Part shown: positions 50,037-60,758 of the stretch, one piece after another | Numbering within the stretch: the stretch's first letter is position 1 | Layout of the letters: each line of letters starts with the position of its first letter | Origin: a bacterium | GTDB taxonomy: Bacteria; Electryoneota; Electryoneia; Electryoneales; Electryoneaceae | Direction of reading: 5' to 3' | DNA length: 64,000 nucleotides | NCBI GenBank assembly: GCA_963669175.1 | Contig: OY769902.1 | Coordinates: 896,001-960,000 of the forward strand | The notes under the pieces: model-generated | What the model was told of the DNA's origin: nothing | Databases searched by the model: none | Seen by the model: the letters and a program-made list of their open reading frames with translations, nothing else | Position numbers and translations under genes: made by a program

Positions 50037-50226
50037 GAAAAGGGGACGGGATCCTTTTCCTCGCGCGCATATGAAACACTCTCGCCGAACTTGTGGAAAA
50101 GGAAACTGTACCCTTTTCCGTGTACGTCCTGCCTGCTCTCAAGAAAAAGGGTACAGCCACCTTTCCCGGTCCTTGCTCACAGCGGGAAGGCTTTGCCCCA
50201 GGGAAAGGAAACTGTCCCCTTTTTCC
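50037..50226. repeat. two GGGACAG/CTGTCCC-type inverted pairs
   Basis: aaaaggggacgggatcctttt ... aaaaggaaactgtaccctttt; aaaagggtacagccaccttt ... aaaggaaactgtcccctttt. Confidence 0.7.
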
Positions 50227-50798
50227 ATATCCTTATCCTTTATTCCAACCATATGGTTGACCTTTCACTGATCTGGCACATGACCACATGACGGAATAAT
50301 AATGGGAATCGCTATACTTTACATGGAATAGAGCTTCCACGAGCATCAAAATCTGATTGGCAAAGTCGGGAAAATGACAAAATCTGTTTACCACCTATTG
50401 GTCTCACTAGTGAAAGTCTCAAGTATCCCGACTTGCTCATCATCCGCATCACAGGACGACGGCCCACAAGTGTTGTCAGCATTTTGAGAGGATCATGCTT
50501 CATATCCGGCAAATCGGGCCATGCACTCCTATGCTGTATCGTTAGAAACGTACAGGGCCACCCGTCCTACTGGGAAACGTACAGGGCTACCCGACCTTTA
50601 CTCCACAGGGATAAATGACAGAAAGATATTTCGTGTATGACGCTTTCTGTCCCTTCACACATCTTCAGTGAAAGCAAGGCATTTGATTGATGACAATCAC
50701 AACGGAACCCGTCCCGATGGGAGCCTGTATAATGCCAGAGAGTCGTAAAAGAGTATTGAAATGGGTTTATATACTTGAAGGAAAGCAGTATTTTCTAG

Positions 50799-51842
<1,044 letters not shown>

Positions 51843-51858
51843 ACTTGTATGTCCTTAG

Positions 51859-51899
51859 GGAACCCGTGACCGGACCACCACGTTACGGGTTCCTTTTTT
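51859..51899 (+). terminator. terminator/stability hairpin between gap and pgk
   Basis: ggaacccgtgac ... gttacgggttcc followed by T6. Confidence 0.7.
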
Positions 51900-51961
51900 C
51901 AACAGAAACAAGGTGATATGCCTGACGCAGAGTTGCGAACAGGGCCAAAGGAGGGCCTGTT

Positions 51962-53161
51962 ATGTTCGACAAGATGACCATAGACGACGTTGATGTACGG
52001 GGTAAAAAAGTTCTGATGCGAGTCGATTTTAACGTCCCCCTGACAGAAGACCAGGAGGTCGCGGATGACGCTCGCATTGTCGCATCCCTGCCAACGATTC
52101 GTAAGATTTTAAACGACGGTGGACGGCTGGTATTGATGAGTCATCTGGGCCGCCCGAAGGGCAAGCCGATGCCGAATTTCAGCCTGCGTCCCGCGGCCGG
52201 AAGGCTGTCGGAATTGTTGAACAAGCCGGTCAAACTGGCGCCGGATTGCATCGGACCGGAAGTAGTGGTGATGGTGGAGAGCCTTCACGACGGCGATGTG
52301 GTCCTGTTGGAGAATGTTCGTTTCTATCAGGAAGAGACGGATAACGATGCTGAATTCTCCCAGGCGTTGGCGCGTCTTGCTGATGTCTACGTCAATGATG
52401 CGTTCGGCAGTGCCCATCGGGCTCATGCGAGTGTAGAAGGGGTTGCCCACCACGTTACTCCGGCTGTCGCCGGGTACCTGATGAAAAAAGAGCTGGAGTA
52501 TCTTGGCAAAGCTCTGAATACCCCGAAGCGTCCCTTTGTTGCGATGCTGGGCGGGGCGAAGATCAGCGGCAAAATTGACGTCATCGAAAACATGCTGCCG
52601 AAGGTGGATGCATTTCTGTTGGGAGGCGCGATGACATTCACCTTTGATGCCTGCGAAGGGCTAAAGGTCGGTACGTCTCTGGTCGAACAGGAACGTATGG
52701 ACATGGCGAAAGATCTGCTGGCCAAGTTCGGCAATGTGGACGCAAAAGTCATGCTGCCGTTGGACTATGTGGTCGCGGACAGCTTTTCCGCAGATGCAAA
52801 GACTGCGGTTGTCAATCGTGGCGAGATTCCTGACGGCTGGATGGGACTGGACATCGGTCCCAGGACAATCGAAGCCTATTCGAAGATGCTTGAAGAGGCT
52901 GGAACAGTAGCCTGGAACGGTCCGATGGGTGTATTTGAAATGAAACCTTTCGCATTGGGCACGCGTGCAGTAGCAGAAGCCTTGGCCAAGGCGACCTCGA
53001 AGGGTGCGGTTACGGTTGTCGGCGGTGGTGATTCTGCCGCGGCGCTGGCGGACTTCGGGCTCACGGGTGCGGTATCTCATGTGTCCACCGGAGGCGGAGC
53101 CTCACTCGAATTCATGGCTGGCAAGGTTCTGCCCGGAGTTGCAGCGCTTTCAGATCGATAA
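51962..53161 (+). CDS. pgk: phosphoglycerate kinase
   Basis: [34 protein letters not shown] and [11 protein letters not shown] motifs. Confidence 0.98.
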   Translation: MFDKMTIDDVDVRGKKVLMRVDFNVPLTEDQEVADDARIVASLPTIRKILNDGGRLVLMSHLGRPKGKPMPNFSLRPAAGRLSELLNKPVKLAPDCIGPEVVVMVESLHDGDVVLLENVRFYQEETDNDAEFSQALARLADVYVNDAFGSAHRAHASVEGVAHHVTPAVAGYLMKKELEYLGKALNTPKRPFVAMLGGAKISGKIDVIENMLPKVDAFLLGGAMTFTFDACEGLKVGTSLVEQERMDMAKDLLAKFGNVDAKVMLPLDYVVADSFSADAKTAVVNRGEIPDGWMGLDIGPRTIEAYSKMLEEAGTVAWNGPMGVFEMKPFALGTRAVAEALAKATSKGAVTVVGGGDSAAALADFGLTGAVSHVSTGGGASLEFMAGKVLPGVAALSDR

Positions 53162-53229
53162 AGTTGGCTGTATTTTAACAGAATGTCTGAACGCCCGATG
53201 GTGGGTTGGGGGTTAACGAGGTAGGTGCT

Positions 53230-53982
53230 ATGCGCAAAAAACTGATCGCAGGTAACTGGAAAATGCATCTGTCTGCGGATGAAGCAGTAGAGCTTGCAAA
53301 ATCTATTGTTTCAGCGGCAGGCGATAATGGACCGGATGTGCTGTTATGTCCCTCTTTTACATTGTTGAGTTATGTAAAGCATGTTGTGACAGGCTCGCGT
53401 GTGGCCGTGGGCGCCCAGAATGTATATTGGGAACCCAAAGGTGCGTTCACCGGTGAGATCTCCGCTTCCATGCTGGTGGATGCCGGTTGTAGCCATGTCA
53501 TTATCGGACATAGCGAACGTCGTCAGTATTTCGGAGAGACTGACGCCAGTGTGAACCGCAGGACACGTGCGGCGCTCGACGCGGGATTGGTTCCCATCGT
53601 ATGTGTCGGGGAGACCCTCGAGGAACGCGAAGAAGGTCATACTGAAGAGGTAATCGAGCAGCAGATCAGTGGTGCATTTGAACGGTTCACGGCCGAAGAT
53701 ATGCAGAAAATCGTCGTTGCTTATGAGCCTGTCTGGGCGATCGGAACCGGAAAAACCGCAACACCGGACACAGCACAGCAGGTTCACGCTCTGATTCGGA
53801 GCTGGATCACGGAGCGTTATAGCGACAAGGTTGCCCAGGAAATTCGCATCCTTTACGGTGGTTCCATGAAACCGTCCAACGCCGTAGAACTGTTGTCGCA
53901 GGAAGATATTGATGGTGGGCTGGTTGGTGGCGCGAGCCTGAAAGCCGACCAGTTCAGTGAGATAATCAAGGCGGCTCGCTAG
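53230..53982 (+). CDS. tpiA: triosephosphate isomerase
   Basis: AGNWKM, GHSERR, AYEPVWAIGTG and YGGS motifs; ATG at 53230 with RBS aggt. Confidence 0.98.
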   Translation: MRKKLIAGNWKMHLSADEAVELAKSIVSAAGDNGPDVLLCPSFTLLSYVKHVVTGSRVAVGAQNVYWEPKGAFTGEISASMLVDAGCSHVIIGHSERRQYFGETDASVNRRTRAALDAGLVPIVCVGETLEEREEGHTEEVIEQQISGAFERFTAEDMQKIVVAYEPVWAIGTGKTATPDTAQQVHALIRSWITERYSDKVAQEIRILYGGSMKPSNAVELLSQEDIDGGLVGGASLKADQFSEIIKAAR

Positions 53983-54061
53983 AGCCCGAAAAGGCTTGCG
54001 AGACCGTAACCTTCGATCTAAATTACGTGGCTTCAAGCACAACCGAACGTAGAGACTTAAC

Positions 54062-54454
54062 ATGCAGGAAGTACTGTACATCATTTTGCTGGTTCTGCAC
54101 ATCCTGGTATCGATCTTTCTGGTCGTCGCTGTGTTGATGCAGCGCGCCAAGGGTGGCGGACTGGCAGGTATCGCAGGTGGCGCAGCCTCGCAGGCCATGT
54201 TTGGCGGGCGTGGAGCGGCAACCCTGCTGCACAAGGTTACCATTGGACTCGCCATTTCGTTTGGCGTGATCTGCCTTTTGCTGGGTGTGCTGTCCAAGGG
54301 AATGAGTTCCAAGCATTCCGTGGTACAGCAGGAACTGGAAGCCAACCCGTTGCAGGAAATGCTGGGCACTGCCCCGTCCGCAACCACGGCTCCCGTTGAA
54401 GCGCCTATAGCAGCTCCGGCGGCTGATCCGATGGATGCAGCGACCCAGGAGTAA
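54062..54454 (+). CDS. secG: preprotein translocase subunit SecG
   Basis: VLMQ.AKGGGL...FG..G...L.KVT with two TM segments; tpiA-secG-tRNA-Leu synteny. Confidence 0.93.
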   Translation: MQEVLYIILLVLHILVSIFLVVAVLMQRAKGGGLAGIAGGAASQAMFGGRGAATLLHKVTIGLAISFGVICLLLGVLSKGMSSKHSVVQQELEANPLQEMLGTAPSATTAPVEAPIAAPAADPMDAATQE

Positions 54455-54517
54455 GTAATACCGTTTGAGTGTTGCACCGGGTTGTTTCATCCGAGAGAAC
54501 CCGGGTTGACATAGGTT

Positions 54518-54604
54518 GCCGGAGTGGTGGAATTGGCAGACACGCTGTGTTGAGGGCGCAGTGTCCTACTGGACGTGCCGGTTCGAGTCCGGCCTCCGGC
54601 ACCA
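54518..54604 (+). tRNA. tRNA-Leu (GAG)
   Basis: GCCGGAG/CTCCGGC acceptor stem, anticodon loop ttGAGgg, variable arm, GTTCGAGTC, encoded CCA. Confidence 0.96.
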
Positions 54605-54616
54605 TTTTTTTTCAAA

Positions 54617-54652
54617 AACAGGGACTGACCCAAGGGGTCTGTCCCTGTTTTT
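54617..54652 (+). terminator. hairpin terminator after tRNA-Leu
   Basis: aacagggactgaccc aag gggtctgtccctgtt followed by a T-run; related hairpin at 47708-47733. Confidence 0.7.
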
Positions 54653-54660
54653 GTCTCATC

Positions 54661-54756
54661 AAGTGAAAAAAGCAGGCAGTGAAAAAAGTGAAAAAGGTAG
54701 CCCGGCCATGCCTGGCCGGGAGTTTGAAAGTTGACAAGTTAGAAAGTTCTAAAGTT
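54661..54756 (+). repeat. GTGAAAAAA array, GTAG-REP and AAAGTT 8-mer array
   Basis: First part matches 15722-15774; the gtttgaaagttgacaag block recurs at 57070. Confidence 0.8.
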
Positions 54757-54830
54757 GTTGAGCGAAAACCGGGACTAACCCATCGCACTCTGTCCAGTTT
54801 TCAGAAATGTTCTAACACCATAATATCAGT

Positions 54831-54988
54831 ACGTTTGGCCCGACTCCTCGCGAAGGCGGGGATCTCCTGTCGGGATGCTGAAGGGATTGGTGTTATAGTA
54901 GTATTGAAATACCCTTGTTGGCGTGGTTTTTTCGTTTGCTGTATCTCAGCGGGCGCAGAAACCCGACAACAAGCAGTCGGGCCACGCG
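54831..54988. repeat. REP doublet (REPIN-like), copy 1
   Basis: tggcccgac...gtcggg ... cccgacaacaagcagtcgggcca; direct near-identical copy at 57123-57266. Confidence 0.85.
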
Positions 54989-55412
54989 CCCTGGATATAA
55001 GGGTTTAATTCGATGGAAAAGGGGAATTGCTGGCGGAAAATGGGGACTGCCACACTTTTCGTCTGCGAATATGCCAGATATTGTTGACCATGTTTCATTT
55101 ATACGCAAAATCATTAATCGCTGGGAAGATATGTTGCGAAAAGGTGGCTGTCCCAGCATTTTCCGGTCCGGAACCATCTTACAGAACAGGCAAAAAATTT
55201 GGTACAGTTACCTTTTCAGCAATACTGATGTGATTGTTCTGCATTCGAGAGCATGAAAAGGTAACAGTCCCATTTTTTGCCTGCTTGCCCATTCAAAATA
55301 GCGAGGAACCGTATTCTTTCATCCTTACCATCCTGTCAATCCTGTAAATTCTTCCAGAAAGCCTCTATCCTGTTTATCCGCCCGGGTGCAAGCACGCCGG
55401 GCCACGCGGCTT

Positions 55413-57053
55413 TTACCGTACGAGCATCAGGCGTTTCACATATGCCGTTTGCTCCGTTGTAATCCTCAGGAAATAGACACCGCTTGCCAGGAATGAGCTC
55501 TCAGGTGATGATCCATTCCACTCAAACTGCACCCTTGTTGGATGTTCCGGAAAGGAACGGTCGTACACAGTTCTGCCAAGAATGTCGGAAATGGTAATCG
55601 ATTGGACCGGCTCACCCTTTAGCGAGATCCGAACCTCAGCATTGAACGGGTTGGGATACAGATCGATAGCAAGCTGTTCCGGCAGAGCAGTCGTTGTTTC
55701 ACCCGGTGTAACCTGGTGCGGACTGACGCCGAGATAACCGTCGGCCGTGATCCGTCCCAGGATGGAAGCGCCATAGCCCACACCGGTCGCGAAGATCGCA
55801 CCGCCCCGTCCATCACTGCAGGCATGTGTGTCGAACAGGTGATATCCCGGATCATGTTCGAACATATCCAGGTCTTCCCTGATCAGGTTGCCGCAGGAAT
55901 CATAGACAGACGCAGTAAACCGTAAGCCCAGTTCACCGTATTCGCGGATATTGAAGCGTACCAGTGAACCGTTGTCCGTAGCAAATGGCAGATCACAGCT
56001 ACCGTCCAGAATATCGAGGATTTCTACCACGTTTTGGCTGGCCGTAATCCGGTAGTAGTAGTCGTAGAAATACCTGTATTGCAGCCAGTAAGCGTTGCCG
56101 TTGGGTTCCGGTGCCGTTTCCACCCAGGTGTATCGGTTCAGGTTGTTGAAATGGTATGTCGGCGGTTCCCAGACATACTCCAAGTCCGGATCGAGGAGCA
56201 TGGCATCCCATTCGCTGAAAAGAAACAGGTCGCCATCGCATGTGGTAGAGGCTGCTTCAAGATAGGATAAGCCGGTGATTTCGGGTAACGCTGAATCAGG
56301 ATAGACGGCTCCGTCTTCAAGGATATGTTGTACTGAAACGGCTGTTGATTCATCATCAAACTCAAGGTTCTGCAACTGATATAAACCACCGTTATGATCA
56401 GTAAAAACTGTATGTACACCATGTAAGTAATCGCTAATATTATAATAATAAGGATAAGGCATTAAGATATCACCTTGATTAGAGAATTTTATTATTCCTC
56501 TCATAATATCATTGTTATAATTCCAAAAAGTGAACCAGAATCCATCCGTTGTATCGGCGAAGAAATGGCCGATACCAAAGTAATCCGGGATAGCTATTCC
56601 GTCATCACCCCAAAGTTGTTGGCCGTTCACATCAATTTTCTTCAGACGATCTGAATACCAGACATCATCTTCCCATATTCCTATTCTATACACAAGACTG
56701 TGATCGGATAATGTTATCGAACTACCATACATTGATGGGATGGAATCGCCAACCCACATGTTGGCGCGTACGGGGCCATCGGGAAAGGTCATGTTGCCAT
56801 TGGCATCAAAATGCAATATCCAATGGCTGTTAACCTGGAATGCAGAAGAGGTGATCAGGTAAGCGCCACCCAGACCATCAGCGTGCAAATCCGTAACAGA
56901 TGAAAGCTGAAAGTTAATGAAATAAGGATCTTCAGGATCTGTATACCATTCGGCAGAGAGAGAACAGGGCAGGCTAAGGGCCAGTATCAATAGCAGCCTT
57001 TTCGACCAATCGGATATGCCAAAGTGTATCACATTTCCTCCTGTATGGGGCAA
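55413..57053 (-). CDS. secreted protein with C-terminal sorting tail (start uncertain)
   Basis: Signal peptide; D..GG[AF] blade-like repeats; YPNPFN tail. Confidence 0.8.
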   Translation of the reverse strand: MPHTGGNVIHFGISDWSKRLLLILALSLPCSLSAEWYTDPEDPYFINFQLSSVTDLHADGLGGAYLITSSAFQVNSHWILHFDANGNMTFPDGPVRANMWVGDSIPSMYGSSITLSDHSLVYRIGIWEDDVWYSDRLKKIDVNGQQLWGDDGIAIPDYFGIGHFFADTTDGFWFTFWNYNNDIMRGIIKFSNQGDILMPYPYYYNISDYLHGVHTVFTDHNGGLYQLQNLEFDDESTAVSVQHILEDGAVYPDSALPEITGLSYLEAASTTCDGDLFLFSEWDAMLLDPDLEYVWEPPTYHFNNLNRYTWVETAPEPNGNAYWLQYRYFYDYYYRITASQNVVEILDILDGSCDLPFATDNGSLVRFNIREYGELGLRFTASVYDSCGNLIREDLDMFEHDPGYHLFDTHACSDGRGGAIFATGVGYGASILGRITADGYLGVSPHQVTPGETTTALPEQLAIDLYPNPFNAEVRISLKGEPVQSITISDILGRTVYDRSFPEHPTRVQFEWNGSSPESSFLASGVYFLRITTEQTAYVKRLMLVR

Positions 57054-57122
57054 TCATTCACTTTTGTAAGTTTGAAAGTTGACAAGGTAGAAAGTTTAAA
57101 AGTTATCTTATCAAATTATCAC

Positions 57123-57266
57123 ACGTTTGGCCCGACTGCTTGCAGTCGGGATGCTGAAGAGATTGGTGTTATAGTAGTATTGAAATACCCTTGTTGGCGT
57201 GGTTTTTTCGTTTGCTGTATCTCAGCGGGCGCAGAAACCCGACAGCAAGCAGTCGGGCCACGCGCC
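57123..57266. repeat. REP doublet (REPIN-like), copy 2
   Basis: Direct repeat of 54831-54988. Confidence 0.85.
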
Positions 57267-57443
57267 GAAAGCCTTTATCCTGTAAGTCTGCCCGGGTGCA
57301 AGCACACCGGGCCACGCGGTCTGCTTACCCATTCAAAATAGAGAGGAACCGTATACCTTAATTCTTATCATCCTTACCATCCTGTCTATCCTGTACATTA
57401 TTCCCTCAAGCCTTCATCCTTGCTATCCTATCATCCTGTGAGT

Positions 57444-60400
57444 CTAGTGAGTCTTGTGAGCCAAAAAGAGCTGGTGGAATTCTGAGGCGGCTTTCCGGTA
57501 AAAAGTCCAGTCAGCTTCAGTGACAGCGATACTCTTCCGTACCCCCGGCGACAGAAAGACCAGTTCTGCCTGTGCCTGTGTGGTTTGCCAGGCGGACATC
57601 AGAGCCAGCGCGTACAGTCGTGCCTGGTGATCGTAGCCATGTTCATGTATCCGCTGGTCCAGCGAATTGGCATCCCAACGATTTGTTTTATAATCGAGTA
57701 GATAGGCTGTGCCATCCTGCAACCAGGCCAGGTCAGCACGTCCGGTCAGGGTCAACGGCCCCAGCTCAAACCGTATCCCAACCTCACGTTTCGCCTGCAA
57801 GGGGATCGTGTGCAGACCGAGCGAGCGTCCGTGTTCAAATAGAGCCTTCACCCACGATTCAATTGACGAAACCTGATTCTTTCCGACCAATAAATCCAGC
57901 GTGGAATGGACCTCGCTACGCGCCTGTTCCCAGGAACAGCCCGGTCCGAAACGTTGGTACAGGCGGTGAACCAGCGAGCCGATCTCCGAAGCCGTCTCAC
58001 GTGGGAATTGTTGGGACACCAATCCATCATCCGGGAAGACTTCGTGATCGTCGGAAGCGTCTTCATTGTCGCCGTCTTCAAACAGTTTATGGATGCTCGC
58101 TTTCCCCGGAGCTGCAAGGTATGCCCCGAATGCGGTCACACTCAGAACCAGCTTGTCCGGCGGTTCCGGGGAGGCAAGCCGAACCTGCGGATCTTCTATC
58201 GGTTCGGTTGGAAGTTGCCAGTTTTTCTCGAGATCGACAGCCTGCAAAGTGTTGCCTGACAAAGACGACGTATCCATAGCTTCTGCGCTGATCAGGGTCA
58301 GTTTGATACGGTCATCCGGTGGATCAAGGAAGGTTTCGTTTTCTGATTCCACCTGTAACGCGTCCAGCCATTTGGGCAGGGACCCGCAACGTCCGGCGGA
58401 CAGGGAACCGTCTTTCTTAAAGGTGGCCCGGCTGACCAGGAGCAGACGATCTCGCGCACGGGTAGCCGCCACATACATCAGTCGTTTCTCTTCCGCTTCA
58501 GCTTCAGCAGGGGAGAAGACTTCACGCATCCACCAGTGCAGAGGACGCTCCGGCCTGGACTCATCGGCCACATCCAGCATGCCCAGGTCATACAACGCCG
58601 GGTTGCCCAGTTCACGATACGGCCCGGAAGGTATCATCAGGTTGCCGCCACGCTTGTTGCTGCCTGATTTCATGCCGCCGGTCAGGTCTGCCAGCACGAC
58701 ATAGGGAAATTCCAGTCCCTTGGATTTGTGATAGGTCAGGATACGGATACCGTGTCCTTCGCTCAGGTCCGCCTGGCCGCTGACCTCATCGCCACCGCTT
58801 TCGAACAGCTCGACTAGCGCATGTCCTACTTGCCGCACTGATAATGCGCCCTGTCCGGCCAGCCCACGTATGATATCCAACAACTTGAAAACATTTGCTA
58901 CACGTTGCTCTCCCTCAATCCCGGACGCATACGCCGCCAGAGCGCCACTCCGGGTCAGAGCGTACAACAGCAGGTCCGCCGGGGCAATACTATCTTTCCG
59001 GTCCTCAAGCTCCCGCCATAAGGCCAATCCCTGTCTCAGTTTGGAGACAGCCTCTTCACTCAGAACTTCAGGCGGCCAGTCTGGGGGAATCTTGCCCTCG
59101 GCGAGGGTTTGCCAGGCTTGGAGAGGTTCTTCATTCAGAAGGTGAAAAAGGCTGACGATGGTGTCCGGGAAATTAAAAAACGGTTCTCGCCATACCCCGG
59201 TCCAGGCGACACGGTCACGTTGATCACCCAACGCCAGCAACAGGTTCAGTTGATCGAGCACTTCCTGACGTTGCGCAAAACCACCTTCCCCTTCGGGGCG
59301 AGGATGCAAACCAGCAGCTCGCAATGCATCCGCGATGGTGGTCAAACGCCCCCGTGTACGCAACAGGATGATGATGTCATCCTCTTCCAGGGGACGCAGG
59401 CCATTTTCACCAACCACCTGAACCGTTCCGATTTCAGCCTTCAAACGGGTTGCCAGTTGCTGATACAGGACTTCGTCCGATAAACACGGCGCCAGCATTA
59501 ACTCACAAAGTGGCCCTCCCGGCGCATCTGTCGTGGAGCGCATCGGAGACAGCGGCTGTGGGATCGCTTCAAAAGGTAATGGCTTGCTATGCGGGGGCTG
59601 AAGCAGACGATCGAACACCGGATTCAGGGTGTCAACCAACGGCGGCAGGGTACGGAAATTGTCGTTCAGGTTGACAAAACGTCCGGTTCGCTGGGCCGCT
59701 TCACGGTCTACCGTGCCGCACATCTTCTGCATGGCGAGCTGAACCACGGTAACATTGGCTTCACGGAACCCGTAAATTGATTGTTTTTCATCTCCGACCA
59801 GGAATAGGCGGTCCGGATCGAAGTTGCCATTCTGGTCAAGGGTAAGAAGCTGGAAGATTTCCCACTGAATGGTGGACGTATCCTGAAATTCATCGATCAG
59901 AAGAGTTCGCATGGACCGTCTGATTCGCTTCGCCACCTCGGGTTGTGTGGATAGCAGACGCAGTGTCAGTTGCTCGAGATCATCGCTGGACAGTTCCGTA
60001 TCCGGTGCAGCGCCCCCGGAAACCAGCGGCAGCGCAACATGGGCGAGGGCTTGGAGATGATGGATATACTCACCGTGTGTACCCGGGGTGGCTTCCGGCG
60101 CTTTTTTTGTCGTTCCGGTTTTCATCGTTTCCGGCCAGTCGGCAACCAGCATTCCCAGGTTTGAATCCAACTCCTGCTTTGCCGCATCCGGATTATCCAG
60201 CATTCGCTTCAAGGCTTCCTGCAAGCCACGGTTGGAAATGACGTATAGCACCAGGTTTTCGATGGCGTCACGGCTGCCCAGCGCGTTAAGCAGGATTTCA
60301 AGATCAGCATTCCGTTGATAGCCAAGCCGACGTATATGTTCGTGAACCTGGGTGAAGCGTGCAGGGTTGCCCTGATCTTTCACTGAAAAACCCGGATCAA

Positions 60401-60758
60401 CCCCAGCTTCGAATGGATACGCCCGAAGCAGACTGCCGCAGAAGCTGTGTATAGTGCTGATACGCGCCCAGGGCATCCGTTCACGCCGTTCCCGCCAGAA
60501 GTCACGTCCCGGCGCCTGATCCATCGCTTCACGTTTCAGCAGTGTTTTATAGACTTTTGATTTGAGCTGAGCGGCAGCTTTACGTGTGAACGTGACAGCA
60601 ACAACCTGATCCGGGAAGTATTCCAACTGATCCAGCAGTCGCATGTAGCGTTCGACCAGAACGGTTGTTTTTCCCGATCCGGCTCCGGCCAGCACCAGCT
60701 TCCCACGTGTCAGATCCAACGCATCCGTCTGTCTTGGCGTGTAGCGTATCTCGCTCAT
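57444..60758 (-). CDS. addA: UvrD-family helicase/nuclease, AddA-like
   Basis: AGAGSGKT, TFTRKAA, STIHSFC, IDEFQDT, VGDEKQSIYGFR, T.HKSKGLEF, YVAATRA; C-terminal GRAD...DYKT...Q..LY nuclease motif. Confidence 0.88.
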   Translation of the reverse strand: MSEIRYTPRQTDALDLTRGKLVLAGAGSGKTTVLVERYMRLLDQLEYFPDQVVAVTFTRKAAAQLKSKVYKTLLKREAMDQAPGRDFWRERRERMPWARISTIHSFCGSLLRAYPFEAGVDPGFSVKDQGNPARFTQVHEHIRRLGYQRNADLEILLNALGSRDAIENLVLYVISNRGLQEALKRMLDNPDAAKQELDSNLGMLVADWPETMKTGTTKKAPEATPGTHGEYIHHLQALAHVALPLVSGGAAPDTELSSDDLEQLTLRLLSTQPEVAKRIRRSMRTLLIDEFQDTSTIQWEIFQLLTLDQNGNFDPDRLFLVGDEKQSIYGFREANVTVVQLAMQKMCGTVDREAAQRTGRFVNLNDNFRTLPPLVDTLNPVFDRLLQPPHSKPLPFEAIPQPLSPMRSTTDAPGGPLCELMLAPCLSDEVLYQQLATRLKAEIGTVQVVGENGLRPLEEDDIIILLRTRGRLTTIADALRAAGLHPRPEGEGGFAQRQEVLDQLNLLLALGDQRDRVAWTGVWREPFFNFPDTIVSLFHLLNEEPLQAWQTLAEGKIPPDWPPEVLSEEAVSKLRQGLALWRELEDRKDSIAPADLLLYALTRSGALAAYASGIEGEQRVANVFKLLDIIRGLAGQGALSVRQVGHALVELFESGGDEVSGQADLSEGHGIRILTYHKSKGLEFPYVVLADLTGGMKSGSNKRGGNLMIPSGPYRELGNPALYDLGMLDVADESRPERPLHWWMREVFSPAEAEAEEKRLMYVAATRARDRLLLVSRATFKKDGSLSAGRCGSLPKWLDALQVESENETFLDPPDDRIKLTLISAEAMDTSSLSGNTLQAVDLEKNWQLPTEPIEDPQVRLASPEPPDKLVLSVTAFGAYLAAPGKASIHKLFEDGDNEDASDDHEVFPDDGLVSQQFPRETASEIGSLVHRLYQRFGPGCSWEQARSEVHSTLDLLVGKNQVSSIESWVKALFEHGRSLGLHTIPLQAKREVGIRFELGPLTLTGRADLAWLQDGTAYLLDYKTNRWDANSLDQRIHEHGYDHQARLYALALMSAWQTTQAQAELVFLSPGVRKSIAVTEADWTFYRKAASEFHQLFLAHKTH

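Noticed and set aside
50546-50600. Two tandem ~30-bp repeats (aaacgtacagggc[ct]acccg)
   Set aside because: Only two copies with no coding or structural context; no function can be argued
54604-57443. Integrase-driven island or integron at tRNA-Leu
   Set aside because: No integrase, no duplicated tRNA 3' end, and the repeats fit REP rather than attC structure
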